DNA of 64,000 nt from Lysobacterales bacterium (GCA_965212525.1 CBDBVC010000045.1:70949-134948); one strand, 5' to 3'; positions 31,722-42,720 are shown, counted from the first letter of the stretch. Translations and numbers: made by a program. Notes: a model not told the origin generated them from the sequence alone.

Positions 31722-32564
31722 ATGCCGGAACAGCCACAAACCGCCAACAGCAGCAACCCGATGGAAGCACAGATGGCGGATGAATCCATGGTTCGCTGTC
31801 TGAAGGCACAGGCCAGTGCCATCTGGCCGCTCGAGCTGAGTGCGTTTGACCGCTATGCACTCGAACCCGGCGATCGCATACTGGACATCGGCTGCGGTAT
31901 TGGCGAAATTTCATCACGGGTTGCCTGCCTGTACCCGCAAAACCAGGTCACCGGCGCCGATCTGATCGAGGAACACCTGGGCCAGGCGGCAAGCCGCTTT
32001 GCGTCCCTGGCGGACACCCTGAGTTTCCAGCAGGCTGATGCCCTGGATCTGCCCTGGCAGGACAATCACTTCGGGCTCAGCATCAGCCGGCACATGCTGC
32101 ACGCGGTACCCGATGCGGGCCAGGTGCTGTCCGAAATGATTCGCGTGACCAGGCCCGGCGGCTATCTGCATCTTCTGGCTGAAGATTACGGCATGATCTT
32201 CTCTCACCCGACATCACTGGACATGGATACTTTCTGGCGCGAGGGCGCCTGGCCGTTTGCCGAGCAACAGGGTGCCGATCTGCGCAGCGGGCGCAAGGTG
32301 GTCAGTTACCTGAAACAGCGCGGCATCGATGAGCTTGCCGTGCACCACCTGCAGGTAGACAACCTCAATACCGACCCCGGGCTGCTGAAGGACATCTTTA
32401 TCAGCTGGCGCGATGGTCACGCCGAACCGGTGGCGGCAGCCACTGACATGACGCTGGCGCAGTCCACGGCCTATTTCGATTCACTGATCGCAGCACTGGA
32501 TGATGACGATGCCTATGTCTGCTGGCTTATCCCGCTGATCAGTGCCCGGGTTCCGGGTTCCTGA
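31722..32564 (+). CDS. Class I SAM-dependent methyltransferase
   Basis: ILDIGCGIG, RVTRPGG. Confidence 0.9.
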   Translation: MPEQPQTANSSNPMEAQMADESMVRCLKAQASAIWPLELSAFDRYALEPGDRILDIGCGIGEISSRVACLYPQNQVTGADLIEEHLGQAASRFASLADTLSFQQADALDLPWQDNHFGLSISRHMLHAVPDAGQVLSEMIRVTRPGGYLHLLAEDYGMIFSHPTSLDMDTFWREGAWPFAEQQGADLRSGRKVVSYLKQRGIDELAVHHLQVDNLNTDPGLLKDIFISWRDGHAEPVAAATDMTLAQSTAYFDSLIAALDDDDAYVCWLIPLISARVPGS

Positions 32565-32727
32565 GGTGATGACGGCAAATTTGTCACAGAAGTTTAAAAA
32601 ACCGCGCTGAAACTTTGACCAGCACTCTCTGAGTGATATGGTAGGCCCTGGGATGTGCGTAACCCATTTAGTGAGGTAGTCCCCGCAAGCCGATACGGTA
32701 GCTCGGCAATCATTCAGGAGTGGAAAC

Positions 32728-33069
32728 ATGGCAGCTAAATTCGAACTCTTTCAGAGCCCAAAGAGCAAAGAGTACTATTTTCGTCTGAAAGCCGGGAATG
32801 GTGAAATCATCATGAACAGCGAAGGCTACAAGACCAAGAAGGCTGCTCAGAACGGCGTCGATTCCGTTGGCAAGAACTGTGGCAACGATTCCCGCTACGA
32901 GTGTCGTCAGGCCAAGAATGGCAAGGATTACTTCATACTCAAGGCCGGCAATCACCAGGAAATCGGTCGCAGCCAGATGTATGCCTCGATGCGTTCATGC
33001 CGCAAGGGCATGGCGTCAGTCAAGCGCAATGGCACCTGCGGTCGCTGCATCGACCTGACAGACGACTAG
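32728..33069 (+). CDS. YegP/DUF1508 family protein
   Basis: Two YF.LKAGN.E.I..S..Y repeats. Confidence 0.92.
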   Translation: MAAKFELFQSPKSKEYYFRLKAGNGEIIMNSEGYKTKKAAQNGVDSVGKNCGNDSRYECRQAKNGKDYFILKAGNHQEIGRSQMYASMRSCRKGMASVKRNGTCGRCIDLTDD

Positions 33070-33108
33070 ATGAAATGTCGACAACGCGCAGCCGCCGGCT
33101 GCGTGTTG

Positions 33109-33816
33109 TCAATGATGATGACCCGGTGACGGGATCATCAGCATCGGTCCAAACATGACCCACAGGCCGCAGGCCAGCACCAGTGCGGCCATCAGCTTGC
33201 GCCCGGCCGCCTGCCTGGCAAATCGCTGAATCTGCTGTCCCACAATTCCCATGCCAACCATCGCCGGCAGCGTGCCCAGGCCGAATCCGAGCATGATCAG
33301 CCCACCTCGTGCCATGTCGCCCGAAGCCAGGGCGGCCAGTAACATCGAATAGACCATGCCGCAGGGCAGCCAGCCCCACAGTGAGCCCAGCAGGAACTTG
33401 TCACGCAGTCCCTGCCGGAGTGTCAGGCGTTTCATCAGGGGACGAAGCAACTGCCAGAAACGCTGGCCGGCACGATCCAGCGGCCTGAGCCGGAAACCGG
33501 GCAACAGAATCTGCAGACCGATCAGAACAAACACGCCCCCGGTGATGATGCGGGCCAGCTGTCCCATGGATTCGACTGGTGCGGCCAGCTGGAAAACCGA
33601 TCCCAGTGCGGCCACCAGTACACCGGCGACGGCATAACTGATCAGGCGGCCCGAGTTGAACAGCAGCAGCCCGGCCCAGCGACGCCGCACTGTCACCGGT
33701 TCAGTGGCCTGGTTCATCCCGCCCAGGGAAGCGATACCGCCACACATCAGCAGGCAATGACCACTGCCAGCCAGTCCAGTGACAATCGCAGCGGCGAAAA
33801 ACAGTGTTTCAGTCAT
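33109..33816 (-). CDS. DsbD_2/TauE-like membrane protein of cco cluster
   Basis: GSGHCLLMCGG, GWLPCGMVY, FGLGTLP. Confidence 0.9.
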   Translation of the reverse strand: MTETLFFAAAIVTGLAGSGHCLLMCGGIASLGGMNQATEPVTVRRRWAGLLLFNSGRLISYAVAGVLVAALGSVFQLAAPVESMGQLARIITGGVFVLIGLQILLPGFRLRPLDRAGQRFWQLLRPLMKRLTLRQGLRDKFLLGSLWGWLPCGMVYSMLLAALASGDMARGGLIMLGFGLGTLPAMVGMGIVGQQIQRFARQAAGRKLMAALVLACGLWVMFGPMLMIPSPGHHH

Positions 33817-33982
33817 CCGATTCCTCCAAAAATCGCCGCGGTTGATCATCGTCATCAAGAATTCGTAGCGCCGGGGTCTCGATGTCATCGAACTGGCCAC
33901 TGCGCACAGCCCAGAGAAAGGCGACAACGGCAATGACGAGAATACCGATGCTGATCGGAATGAGTATGAAGACGCTGTTCAT
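33809..33982 (-). CDS. ccoS: cbb3 oxidase assembly protein CcoS
   Basis: Manual translation MNSVFILIPISI...FLWAVRSGQFDDIETPALRILDDD. Confidence 0.92.
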   Translation of the reverse strand: MNSVFILIPISIGILVIAVVAFLWAVRSGQFDDIETPALRILDDDDQPRRFLEESDD

Positions 33983-36453
33983 GATCGAAGAATCCGGGTT
34001 GCGTTGAGGGTAACCAGCAGGGACGAAGCGGACATGCCCAGTGCAGCCATCCAGGGTGCCACCAGTCCGGCCATGGCCAGCGGTATGGTGGCCAGGTTGT
34101 AGCCCAGCGCCCAGGCCAGGTTCTGGCGAATGATGCGAGAGGTGTTGTCGGCCAGCGGGTACAGGCGCCTGAGCGTTGTCAGAGATCGTGAGGTCATCAC
34201 CACATCGGCACAGCTCAGCGTCATGTCGGGGCCATGACCCATGGCCACTGACACATCGGCGCGGGCCAGCACGGGCGCATCGTTGAGGCCGTCCCCCACC
34301 ATCAGCACCGATTCGCCTTCCTGCTGCAGATCGGCGACCCAGGCCGCCTTTTCTTCGGCACTGAATCGTGCCCGCCAGTCGTCGGCACCCAGCTGACGCG
34401 CCACTTCGGCCACCGTCTGGTCTCGATCACCACTGGCCAGGTGCACCCGGATCTCGCGCTGCTGCAGCTCATCAACCAGCCCGCTGGCACCATCAAGCAG
34501 CGGGGCTCTCAAATGAAACACGGCCAGCCATCGGGTCTCGCTGCACAGCACCAGGCTGATGCGCGAGGGGTCTGCGGAGGTTTCAGCCTGCAGGGCAATA
34601 TCAGTGAGGGCTTCGCGTGACAGGCTGTCCCGATCCGGGCTGCCAATCGAATAGCGCTCGCCATCCACCCACCCGCTGAGGGCGTCATTCTGCAATTCCA
34701 GCTCACGCAGCTGGCGCCGATCACGATACAGGCTGAACGCCTGAGCCAGCGGGTGCGCGCTGCGGGATTCAAGCGCCGCCGCAATGGCCAGCAGATCAGC
34801 CTCGCTACGGTCACAATCGGTGTTGACGATAATCTGTTCAAGCTGCGGCCGGTGACTGGTCAGCGTACCGGTCTTGTCAAACACGGCATGACCAACCCGG
34901 CGCAGCCGCATCAGGGCGCCAGGGTGAGTCAGCAGCGCTCCCAGGCGTGCTGCCCTGGCGCTGGCAGCAGCCAGTGCGGCGGGTACCGACAGTGACAGGG
35001 CGCAGGGACAGGTCACCACCAGTACCGAGAGAGCGGCCGGCAAGGCCATGGATGGATCCACCCACTGCCAGCCAAGCCAGGTCAGCGAAGCACAGACCAG
35101 GACCGTGGCGATCAATGCGCCGGCCAGTCGCTCGGGCCAGTGCAGGCCGCTGCTGTTGAGCTGATCATTTCTGGAACTGGCCTGGCCCTTCAGGTTGATC
35201 GACAGGGCATTGATGAAATTGTCTTCATCGCGTGCGGTTACATTCACACGCACGGCACAATCCAGGTTGCGGCTGCCGGTAAGAACGGCATCACCGCAGC
35301 GATGCCTGACCGGTCTGGATTCACCGGTAAGCAGGGACTCATCGACCGAGGCCTCATAACTGAGCAGTTCACCATCGGCAGGAAACAGGGCACCCGGATG
35401 CACCAGTATGGTCATGCCAGGTTTCAGTGACTGGCGCGGCATGGCCTGTGCCTTGCCGTCATCGTCCAGTACCTGCACCCGGTCGGGCAGGAACAGCAGC
35501 AGGGACTCGTTCAGGCTGCGGGATCGATGCCGCAGGCGCATCTCGATGGTGCGGCCCAGCAGCAGGAAAAAGCAGAACATGGTGACCGATTCAAACCACA
35601 CGTCACCATGGCCACGGAACACATTGATGGTGCTGGCCGTGAATGCCAGCAACAGTGCCAGGCTGACCGGGACATCCATGTTGAGCCGTCGCTGCGAGAG
35701 GGCCCGCAATGCGCCAGTGAAAAAGCCGCGCCCGGCATACAGCAGCACCGGGGCGGTCACCAGCATGGCAAACAGGTCGAGCATGCGTTTCTGGTCGGCC
35801 GTCATCTCGCCCTGGGGATCGAAATAGCTGCCGGCGGCAAACATCATCACCTGCATCATGCCAAGTCCGGCCACACCGAGTCGTTTCAGTGCCGTGGTGC
35901 GTTCGCGCCGATCGATGGCATCGCGGTCGGCCACGGTACTGGGAAAGGGCCTGAAACCCAATGCCATGATGCGCTGAAGCAGCGCATCCTCGCTGCAGCC
36001 ATCCGGATCGAAATGGATCAGGAACTGCCGGTCGTCAAGATTGCCATTGACCGAGATGACACCGGCCATGCGCATCAGCGCCTGTTCGATCAGCCAGACG
36101 CAGGCGGCACAGTGAATACCGTCGATCAGCAGGGGCAGACACTGCTGGTTCTGGCTGATCGCTCGCGAGTCGAATGTGCGCGAGGCAATCCACTGCTCGG
36201 TCTCCTGTTGCAGTCGGGTCGGTACGGTGTCGGCGAAACTGTCGCGGTTGTGGTAGTAACTGGCCTGACCGGAATCGATGATCAGTGACATCACGGCCTC
36301 ACAGCCGATGCAGCACACCGGGCGGGGCCTGTCTTCCAGCATCACACTCAATCCGATACCCGGGGGCACCGCTTCGCCGCAGTGAAAGCAGATTGTCCCT
36401 GCCTCGGTGCAGGCCAGCGGTGCACTGGTGACTGTGTCAGTCACTGCGCTCAT
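33979..36453 (-). CDS. ccoI: Heavy-metal P1B ATPase CcoI/FixI
   Basis: CFHCG, CAAC, TGES, CPC, DKTGT, GDGLND. Confidence 0.95.
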   Translation of the reverse strand: MSAVTDTVTSAPLACTEAGTICFHCGEAVPPGIGLSVMLEDRPRPVCCIGCEAVMSLIIDSGQASYYHNRDSFADTVPTRLQQETEQWIASRTFDSRAISQNQQCLPLLIDGIHCAACVWLIEQALMRMAGVISVNGNLDDRQFLIHFDPDGCSEDALLQRIMALGFRPFPSTVADRDAIDRRERTTALKRLGVAGLGMMQVMMFAAGSYFDPQGEMTADQKRMLDLFAMLVTAPVLLYAGRGFFTGALRALSQRRLNMDVPVSLALLLAFTASTINVFRGHGDVWFESVTMFCFFLLLGRTIEMRLRHRSRSLNESLLLFLPDRVQVLDDDGKAQAMPRQSLKPGMTILVHPGALFPADGELLSYEASVDESLLTGESRPVRHRCGDAVLTGSRNLDCAVRVNVTARDEDNFINALSINLKGQASSRNDQLNSSGLHWPERLAGALIATVLVCASLTWLGWQWVDPSMALPAALSVLVVTCPCALSLSVPAALAAASARAARLGALLTHPGALMRLRRVGHAVFDKTGTLTSHRPQLEQIIVNTDCDRSEADLLAIAAALESRSAHPLAQAFSLYRDRRQLRELELQNDALSGWVDGERYSIGSPDRDSLSREALTDIALQAETSADPSRISLVLCSETRWLAVFHLRAPLLDGASGLVDELQQREIRVHLASGDRDQTVAEVARQLGADDWRARFSAEEKAAWVADLQQEGESVLMVGDGLNDAPVLARADVSVAMGHGPDMTLSCADVVMTSRSLTTLRRLYPLADNTSRIIRQNLAWALGYNLATIPLAMAGLVAPWMAALGMSASSLLVTLNATRILRS

Positions 36454-36682
36454 GCGGTGCTCCAGGTGCGCTTTCGGTCTCGGCCGTGGCCGGCAGCGAG
36501 CGCGTCACCATCTGCGGCTTGTTGTTGATGGCAATTGCCACGGTGATGAGTGAGCCGGTCACGGCAGTGAGCAGCAGGCACAGTACGAACCAGGGCATGA
36601 AGTAGCGATACCAGGGTCCACTGCGGATGTGATGGTCATCAACCGTGCCGGGATTGGGGTTATGCGATTCGGATTGTGTCAT
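36437..36682 (-). CDS. Short CcoH/FixH-like protein
   Basis: PWYRYFMPWF + TM, between ccoG and ccoI. Confidence 0.7.
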   Translation of the reverse strand: MTQSESHNPNPGTVDDHHIRSGPWYRYFMPWFVLCLLLTAVTGSLITVAIAINNKPQMVTRSLPATAETESAPGAPHERSD

Positions 36683-36700
36683 GTTTCAGCTCCGGGTAAC

Positions 36701-38125
36701 TCATCGTCTGCCGCTGTCGGCGGGCAGGAAAAAACGGCTGTCGCGGCTGACGGCAACCGACGGGTTGTCTTCGTCCACCAGCCGCACCTCGATCGCCATG
36801 CCACCCTGGCCAGCGGATCCTGGTGCGCTGATTTCCAACGGTATTGACTGAGCGCTGCCTGCAGAAACCTGCAGGGTTTGTGGGGTCAGGACGGTAAACA
36901 GGTCAGCGGGGCTGACCTCGATTCGGTAGCTCTGATCGGCGTCGGTCATGTTGACCACTTTCATGGCATAGACGTTATTGACGCGGTCATCCTCGACCAG
37001 GCGATAGAGCGCATTTCGATCTCGAATCAGTTCCATGCGCAGCGGCACGCGCTGGGTGATCGACACCAGCAGGGAGGTCATCACTACCAGCAGCAGGCCG
37101 GCGTAGATCATCACCCGGGGTCTCAGAACCCGCGCCTTTTCCGTGCCAGTCTCCAGCTGTCGCTCGGTGGTGTAGCGGATAAGCCCTCGCGGGTACTCCA
37201 TCTTGTCCATCACCGAATTGCAGACATCAACACAGGCGGCACAGGCGATGCATTCGTACTGCAGCCCCTGACGAATATCAATGCCGGTGGGGCACACCTG
37301 CACACAGAGGGAACAGTCGATGCAGTCACCAAGGCCGGCTTCGGCCGGGTCGGTACCACGCTTGCGACCGCCGCGCGGCTCGCCGCGACCGCTGTCGTAG
37401 GAGATCACCAGCGTGTCGTGATCGAACATGGCCCCCTGGAATCGGGCGTAGGGACACATGTACTTGCACACCTGTTCACGCAGGTAGCCGGCATTGCCGT
37501 AAGTGGCCAGTCCGTAGAAGAACACCCAGAAGGTTTCCCATGGGCCGGTTTCGAAATGCCACAGCCGGGCCACCAGCACATCGATGGGTGTGAAATAGCC
37601 CACGAAGGTGATGCCCGTCCATAGCGCAAAGCTGATCCACATCAGCTGCTTGAGTGATTTTCGGCCCAGTTTGGCCGCCGACCAGGGTGCCTTGTCGAGT
37701 TTCATGCGCTTGTGGCGATTGCCCTCGGCCAGACGTTCCATGTAGAGAAAGGCCTCGGTCCAGACCGTTTGCGGACAGGCATAGCCGCACCATAGCCGAC
37801 CGGCCAGGGCGGTGAAGAAAAACAGTGACAGCCCGGCACAGATCAGGATCAGTGCCAGGTAGATGAAGTCCTGCGGCCAGAAAGTGAGTCCGAACAGGTG
37901 AAACTTGCGCGCCGGCAGATCGAACAGCACCAGCTGCTGACCGTCGATCTGAATCCAGGCAACAGCATAGAACAGTCCCAGCAACAACCAGACGGCGAGA
38001 ACGCGCAAACGGGCATATCGCCCGGATACCTCACGCGGGTAAATCTTCGGTTCCTTCTGATACAGGGTGGCGGCTTGTTGCGAATCACCCTGGCCGCGAT
38101 CGCGGGCCTTGTGCCGGTTGTTCAT
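36701..38125 (-). CDS. ccoG: Cytochrome c oxidase accessory protein CcoG
   Basis: GRLWCGYACPQTVW, CIDCSLCVQVCP, CIACAACVDVC. Confidence 0.97.
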   Translation of the reverse strand: MNNRHKARDRGQGDSQQAATLYQKEPKIYPREVSGRYARLRVLAVWLLLGLFYAVAWIQIDGQQLVLFDLPARKFHLFGLTFWPQDFIYLALILICAGLSLFFFTALAGRLWCGYACPQTVWTEAFLYMERLAEGNRHKRMKLDKAPWSAAKLGRKSLKQLMWISFALWTGITFVGYFTPIDVLVARLWHFETGPWETFWVFFYGLATYGNAGYLREQVCKYMCPYARFQGAMFDHDTLVISYDSGRGEPRGGRKRGTDPAEAGLGDCIDCSLCVQVCPTGIDIRQGLQYECIACAACVDVCNSVMDKMEYPRGLIRYTTERQLETGTEKARVLRPRVMIYAGLLLVVMTSLLVSITQRVPLRMELIRDRNALYRLVEDDRVNNVYAMKVVNMTDADQSYRIEVSPADLFTVLTPQTLQVSAGSAQSIPLEISAPGSAGQGGMAIEVRLVDEDNPSVAVSRDSRFFLPADSGRR

Positions 38126-38409
38126 TGTTGCGGCTCATCGGGATAATCGGCAATGCGCCGTTCGGTGCGGATCAGCCAGGTGGTGATCAGTGAGGAAATC
38201 AGGGCGATGGCCCAGAAGAAGAAAAAGCCGGCGGTATAGACACTCTGCACGCTCCAGTCGCCGGGCTGTTCGGCGGCCAGAACCAGACCATCGGGGTCAA
38301 CCAGGGCAAAGAACACCATGGTGGCCACGGCAGCCACCAGGAACGAGGGCCAGAGCACGCCGGCGATATCGCGGCGGCGCTGGTTCCAGTGCTGGTGGAT
38401 GCCTTTCAT
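38122..38409 (-). CDS. Small membrane protein of cco operon
   Basis: VLWPSFLVA...FFALVDP...YTAGFFFFW; overlaps ccoG start. Confidence 0.8.
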   Translation of the reverse strand: MKGIHQHWNQRRRDIAGVLWPSFLVAAVATMVFFALVDPDGLVLAAEQPGDWSVQSVYTAGFFFFWAIALISSLITTWLIRTERRIADYPDEPQQ

Positions 38410-38421
38410 CTGTGCGACGTC

Positions 38422-39309
38422 CTACTGGCCTTCAGACAGTGACTTCACATACACGGTGAGGAAGCGGATCTTGTCCTCGTTGAGGATGCCCTCGTGGGGC
38501 GGCATCTGGCCGTGGCGTCCTTCGGTCAGCGTGATGAGTATCTCTTCATCAGACTTGCCGTAGAGCCAGGCATCGTTGGTCAGATCCGGACCACCCAGAG
38601 CCTGGTTGCCCTCGCCACTGGCACCATGGCAGGCGGCGCAGATGGCCCACTGATCGCTGACGCGAGCGGCCTTGCTGGGCCAGTGGTCCATGCCGGACAG
38701 ACCCTTGATGTACTCGACCATGTCCAGCGTGCCCTGTTCACCCAGCGTGGCAGACCAGGGCGGCATGACCCCTTCGCGACCCAGGCGAATGGTCTGGGCA
38801 ATGTCGTCATAGTCATTGGGCCATTGCCATTCCGAATCGGTCAGATCGGGGAAGCCGATGGCGCCGCCCGCATCCGAGCCATGGCAGGTGGTGCAATGCG
38901 CCGAAAACAGTCGCGCACCGGTCTCCAGCGCCACCGGGTGCGTTGACAGCTCGGCCCAGGGCAGCGAACTGACGGCACCGAAGGTTTCGTTGTAGGCGGC
39001 GTCGAAGCGATCGGACTCCTGCTCGTACTGGTCGATCTGGGTCCATTCGTTGATGCCGGCGAAGTTGCCCAGGCCCGGATACAGCACCAGATAAACGATG
39101 CCGAATACGATGGTCAGGTTGAACAGCGTCAGCCACCAGCGAGGCAGCGGCGTGTTGCGCTCGGTCAGGCCGTCCCAGGTGTGACCGGTGGTGTCGTCGT
39201 CGCGGTCATCATCGGGCCCCTGCTTGCCGGCATACCAGATCAGCCACCAGCAGCCCAGCATGGACAGCACGGTTGGAATGATGATGAACCAGTGTAAAAA
39301 GCTGCTCAT
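38422..39309 (-). CDS. ccoP: cbb3 oxidase subunit III
   Basis: TTGHTWDGL.E...PLPRWW, CTTCH, CAACH. Confidence 0.97.
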   Translation of the reverse strand: MSSFLHWFIIIPTVLSMLGCWWLIWYAGKQGPDDDRDDDTTGHTWDGLTERNTPLPRWWLTLFNLTIVFGIVYLVLYPGLGNFAGINEWTQIDQYEQESDRFDAAYNETFGAVSSLPWAELSTHPVALETGARLFSAHCTTCHGSDAGGAIGFPDLTDSEWQWPNDYDDIAQTIRLGREGVMPPWSATLGEQGTLDMVEYIKGLSGMDHWPSKAARVSDQWAICAACHGASGEGNQALGGPDLTNDAWLYGKSDEEILITLTEGRHGQMPPHEGILNEDKIRFLTVYVKSLSEGQ

Positions 39310-39476
39310 GGTGTCACCTCGTCTTCCGCATCTCTTGCGTCATTGTCATCCAGGGCCAGTCGGGCGGCCTGTTCAAAATCGGATTTGCGCCGTGCGCTCC
39401 AGGCCCAGATGATCAGGCCAACGAAGGCCAGCAGCAGAATGGCCGTGGTGATTCCTCTGAATAATCCCATCATCAT
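39306..39476 (-). CDS. ccoQ: cbb3 oxidase subunit IV
   Basis: Manual translation [42 protein letters not shown]. Confidence 0.92.
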   Translation of the reverse strand: MMMGLFRGITTAILLLAFVGLIIWAWSARRKSDFEQAARLALDDNDARDAEDEVTP

Positions 39477-40075
39477 TACCTCAGGTTGGTGCCCATGGAC
39501 TGCAGGTAGGCAATCATGGCCTGCATCTCGGTCTTGCCCTCGACATCATCGGCAGCCGAAGCGATTTGTTCGTCGGTGTAGGGGTGGCCCAGGGTTTTCA
39601 GTGCCTGCATGTTGCGGGCAATCTGACGGCCATCCACGGTGTTCTCCATCAGCCACGGGAAACCGGGCATGTTGGATTCCGGTACCACATCGCGCGGGTT
39701 GATCAGGTGCAGCTCGTGCCACAGATCACTATAGCGGCCGCCGACCCGGGCCAGATCCGGACCGGTGCGCTTTGAGCCCCACTGGAACGGCCTGTCGTAG
39801 ACCGATTCGCCGATCAGTGAATAGTGGCCGTAGCGCTCGGTCTCGGCATGAAAGGGCCGGATCTGCATGGAATGACAGGTGAAACAACCCTCTCGAATAT
39901 AGAGGTCACGACCGGCCAGCTGCAGTGCGGTATGCGGTACGATGTTCTCGGCTGGCTCGGAGGTGCCGGATTCGGCGATCAGCGGAACGATCTCGGCAAT
40001 CCCGCCGATGCTGATCACAATGGCAATCACCCAGCCCATCAGATTGATGTTCTTTTCAAGTTTCTGGTGGCTCAT
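39476..40075 (-). CDS. ccoO: cbb3 oxidase subunit II
   Basis: [21 protein letters not shown]. Confidence 0.98.
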   Translation of the reverse strand: MSHQKLEKNINLMGWVIAIVISIGGIAEIVPLIAESGTSEPAENIVPHTALQLAGRDLYIREGCFTCHSMQIRPFHAETERYGHYSLIGESVYDRPFQWGSKRTGPDLARVGGRYSDLWHELHLINPRDVVPESNMPGFPWLMENTVDGRQIARNMQALKTLGHPYTDEQIASAADDVEGKTEMQAMIAYLQSMGTNLR

Positions 40076-41517
40076 GCGGATGCTCCTGTCAGTCCGGCTT
40101 CGGTGGTGCCGGTATCGGCGTCACCGGTCTGGGTCTGCTTGCTCTGCTGGATGGTTTTCCACACATTCCAGGCCATGATCAGCATGCCACTGAAGAACAG
40201 GGCGCCACCGAGCAGGCGAATCAGGTAATACGGATAGGTTGCGTTGAGGCTTTCAACGAAGCTGTAGGTGAGGGTGCCGTCGCTGTTGGTGGCCCGCCAC
40301 ATCAGTCCCTGCATGACCCCGGCGATCCACATGCTGGCTATGTACACCACCACGCCGATGGTCGAGACCCAGAAATGCAGGTCAATGGCACGCGTACTGT
40401 ACATGGATTTCTGGCCGTAGATCATCGGGATCAGCACATACATCGAGCCGATGGTCATCATCGCCAGCCAGCCGAGGGCGCCCGAGTGCACGTGGCCGAT
40501 GGTCCAGTCGGTGTAGTGCGACAGGGCATTGACGGTCTTGATCGACATCATCGGGCCCTCGAAGGTGGACATGCCGTAGAACGACAGCGCCACGATCATG
40601 AACTTGAGTATCGGGTCCGTGCGCAGTTTGTGCCAGGCGCCCGACATGGTCATGATGCCGTTGATCATGCCACCCCATGAGGGTGCCAGCAGGATCAGCG
40701 AGAACACCATGCCCAGCGACTGTGCCCAGTCGGGTACTGAGGTGTAGTGCAGGTGATGTGGCCCGGCCCACATGTAAATGGCGATCAGGGCCCAGAAATG
40801 CACGATCGACAGGCGGTACGAATAGACCGGCTGATTGACGTGCTTTGGAATGTAGTAATACATCATCGCCAGGAAGCCAACGGTGAGGAAAAAGCCGACC
40901 GCGTTATGCCCGTACCACCACTGCACCATGGCGTCGACGGCGCCGGCGTAGATCGGATAGGACTGCGTCAGCGAGGTGGGCAGTGCCAGCGAATTGACGA
41001 TATGCAGCACTGCCACCGTAATGATGAAGGCGGCGTAGAACCAGTTGGCCACGTAGATGTGCTTCATGCGACGCTTTGCCACGGTGCCGAAGAAGACAAT
41101 GGCGTAAGCCACCCAGACCACGGCGATCAGTACGTCGATGGGCCAGATCAGTTCGGCGTATTCCTTGCCCTGGGTCAGGCCCAGCGGCAGTGTAATGGCG
41201 GCCAGCACGATCACGGCTTGCCAGCCCCAGAACACGAAGGCGGCCAGCTTGTCGGAAAACAGCCTGGCCTGACAGGTGCGCTGAACCACATGGAAAGAGG
41301 TGCCCATCAGGGCACAGCCACCAAAGGCGAAAATCACCGCATTGGTGTGCAGGGGTCTGAGTCGGCTGAAGGTCAGCCAGGGTACATCGAAATTGAGTGC
41401 GGGCCAGTACATCTGTGCCGCGATCAGTACACCGACCAGCATGCCGACGATGCCCCAGATCACGGTCATGATGGCAAACTGCCGCACGACGCGATTATTG
41501 TAATGTTGTTCTGTCAT
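40072..41517 (-). CDS. ccoN: cbb3 oxidase subunit I
   Basis: [31 protein letters not shown]. Confidence 0.99.
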   Translation of the reverse strand: MTEQHYNNRVVRQFAIMTVIWGIVGMLVGVLIAAQMYWPALNFDVPWLTFSRLRPLHTNAVIFAFGGCALMGTSFHVVQRTCQARLFSDKLAAFVFWGWQAVIVLAAITLPLGLTQGKEYAELIWPIDVLIAVVWVAYAIVFFGTVAKRRMKHIYVANWFYAAFIITVAVLHIVNSLALPTSLTQSYPIYAGAVDAMVQWWYGHNAVGFFLTVGFLAMMYYYIPKHVNQPVYSYRLSIVHFWALIAIYMWAGPHHLHYTSVPDWAQSLGMVFSLILLAPSWGGMINGIMTMSGAWHKLRTDPILKFMIVALSFYGMSTFEGPMMSIKTVNALSHYTDWTIGHVHSGALGWLAMMTIGSMYVLIPMIYGQKSMYSTRAIDLHFWVSTIGVVVYIASMWIAGVMQGLMWRATNSDGTLTYSFVESLNATYPYYLIRLLGGALFFSGMLIMAWNVWKTIQQSKQTQTGDADTGTTEAGLTGASA

Positions 41518-41772
41518 AGTCACTCCGCCTTGGTCCAGCTGGCAGGCACAGGCCTGTCGTGGCAAAGTCTAGCGATCGGTGTGCGAGGCAGTACTGTGGA
41601 ATGTACTTAACGTATGGGGGCTTTCCACAGGTAGCGGATCGACGGGGATTTCACGCTGTCTGTGTAGCATGACCAACCGCACTGCGACAGATGCGGTGAA
41701 TGATGGAAAATGGCGGTGTTTTTTGATAGTATCGCCTGCTGGCTTGACCAGAGTGACCTGATAAATGAAAGG

Positions 41773-41799
41773 AAACTTTTATTAGACTGGTCGGTCTAA
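41773..41799 (+). promoter_or_regulatory. Probable sigma-E promoter of rpoH
   Basis: AAACTT-N15-GTCTAA versus GAACTT-N15-GTCnnA consensus. Confidence 0.6.
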
Positions 41800-41833
41800 T
41801 CTGGTAGCTGAATAGTTTTTGACTGGAGTAGAT

Positions 41834-42691
41834 ATGACCGCAGCAACAGTGGCCAACAACTTGCCTGTACCATCGGAGATCGGCAGCATTGATGCCTACA
41901 TCAGTGCCGTCAACCAGATTCCGATGCTGACTGTTGAACAGGAGCAGGAACTGGCTCGCCGTTTTCGTGACGGAGAAGAGCTGGAAGCCGCCCGGCAGCT
42001 GGTGATGGCGCACCTGAGATTCGTGGTGCACGTTGCCCGCAGTTACTCGGGCTATGGCCTGCAGATCGGTGACCTGATCCAGGAAGGCAACATCGGCCTG
42101 ATGAAGGCAGTCAAGCGCTTCGACCCCGATCACGGCGTTCGACTGGTGTCTTTCGCCGTACACTGGATTCGCGCCGAGATGCACGAGTTCATCCTGCGCA
42201 ACTGGCGTATTGTCAAGGTGGCCACCACCAAGGCACAGCGCAAGCTGTTCTTCAATCTGCGCAAGTCCAAGAAACGTCTGGGCTGGTTCAACAACGCTGA
42301 AGTCAATGCCGTGGCCAAGGATCTGGGCGTGCTGCCCGAAGTGGTGGTCGAGATGGAATCTCGTCTGTCCGGACAGGACATCGGTTTTGATGCCCCGGTG
42401 GACGAGCACGAGGATTCACCCGTGTCGCCAACCAACTTCCTGCCAACGGCCGAGCCTGATCCTGAAAAGGCGTTCGAGCGTGCCGACTGGAAAGAGCATC
42501 ACAACACGCTGCTTTACCAGGGACTGAACAAGCTGGATGCCCGCAGTCAGGACATCATCGCCCGGCGCTGGCTGACCGATGACAAGGTGACGCTGCAGGA
42601 ACTGGCCGATGAGTACTCGGTGTCTGCAGAGCGTATCCGCCAGCTTGAAGCCAACGCGCTGAAGAAAATGAAGGCGCTGATCGCCGCCTGA
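41834..42691 (+). CDS. rpoH: RNA polymerase sigma factor RpoH
   Basis: RpoH box [26 protein letters not shown] after GGAG. Confidence 0.98.
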   Translation: MTAATVANNLPVPSEIGSIDAYISAVNQIPMLTVEQEQELARRFRDGEELEAARQLVMAHLRFVVHVARSYSGYGLQIGDLIQEGNIGLMKAVKRFDPDHGVRLVSFAVHWIRAEMHEFILRNWRIVKVATTKAQRKLFFNLRKSKKRLGWFNNAEVNAVAKDLGVLPEVVVEMESRLSGQDIGFDAPVDEHEDSPVSPTNFLPTAEPDPEKAFERADWKEHHNTLLYQGLNKLDARSQDIIARRWLTDDKVTLQELADEYSVSAERIRQLEANALKKMKALIAA

Positions 42692-42720
42692 CGCCGCGTG
42701 CAGGCAAAGATTCGAAACAG

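Noticed and set aside
32645..32720. HDV-like ribozyme or known riboswitch
   Set aside because: Lacks the P1.1 GG and L3 consensus; no aptamer core recognised. Kept only as an unknown leader.
41720..41740. FNR box upstream of ccoN
   Set aside because: TTGAT present but the ATCAA half-site is missing.
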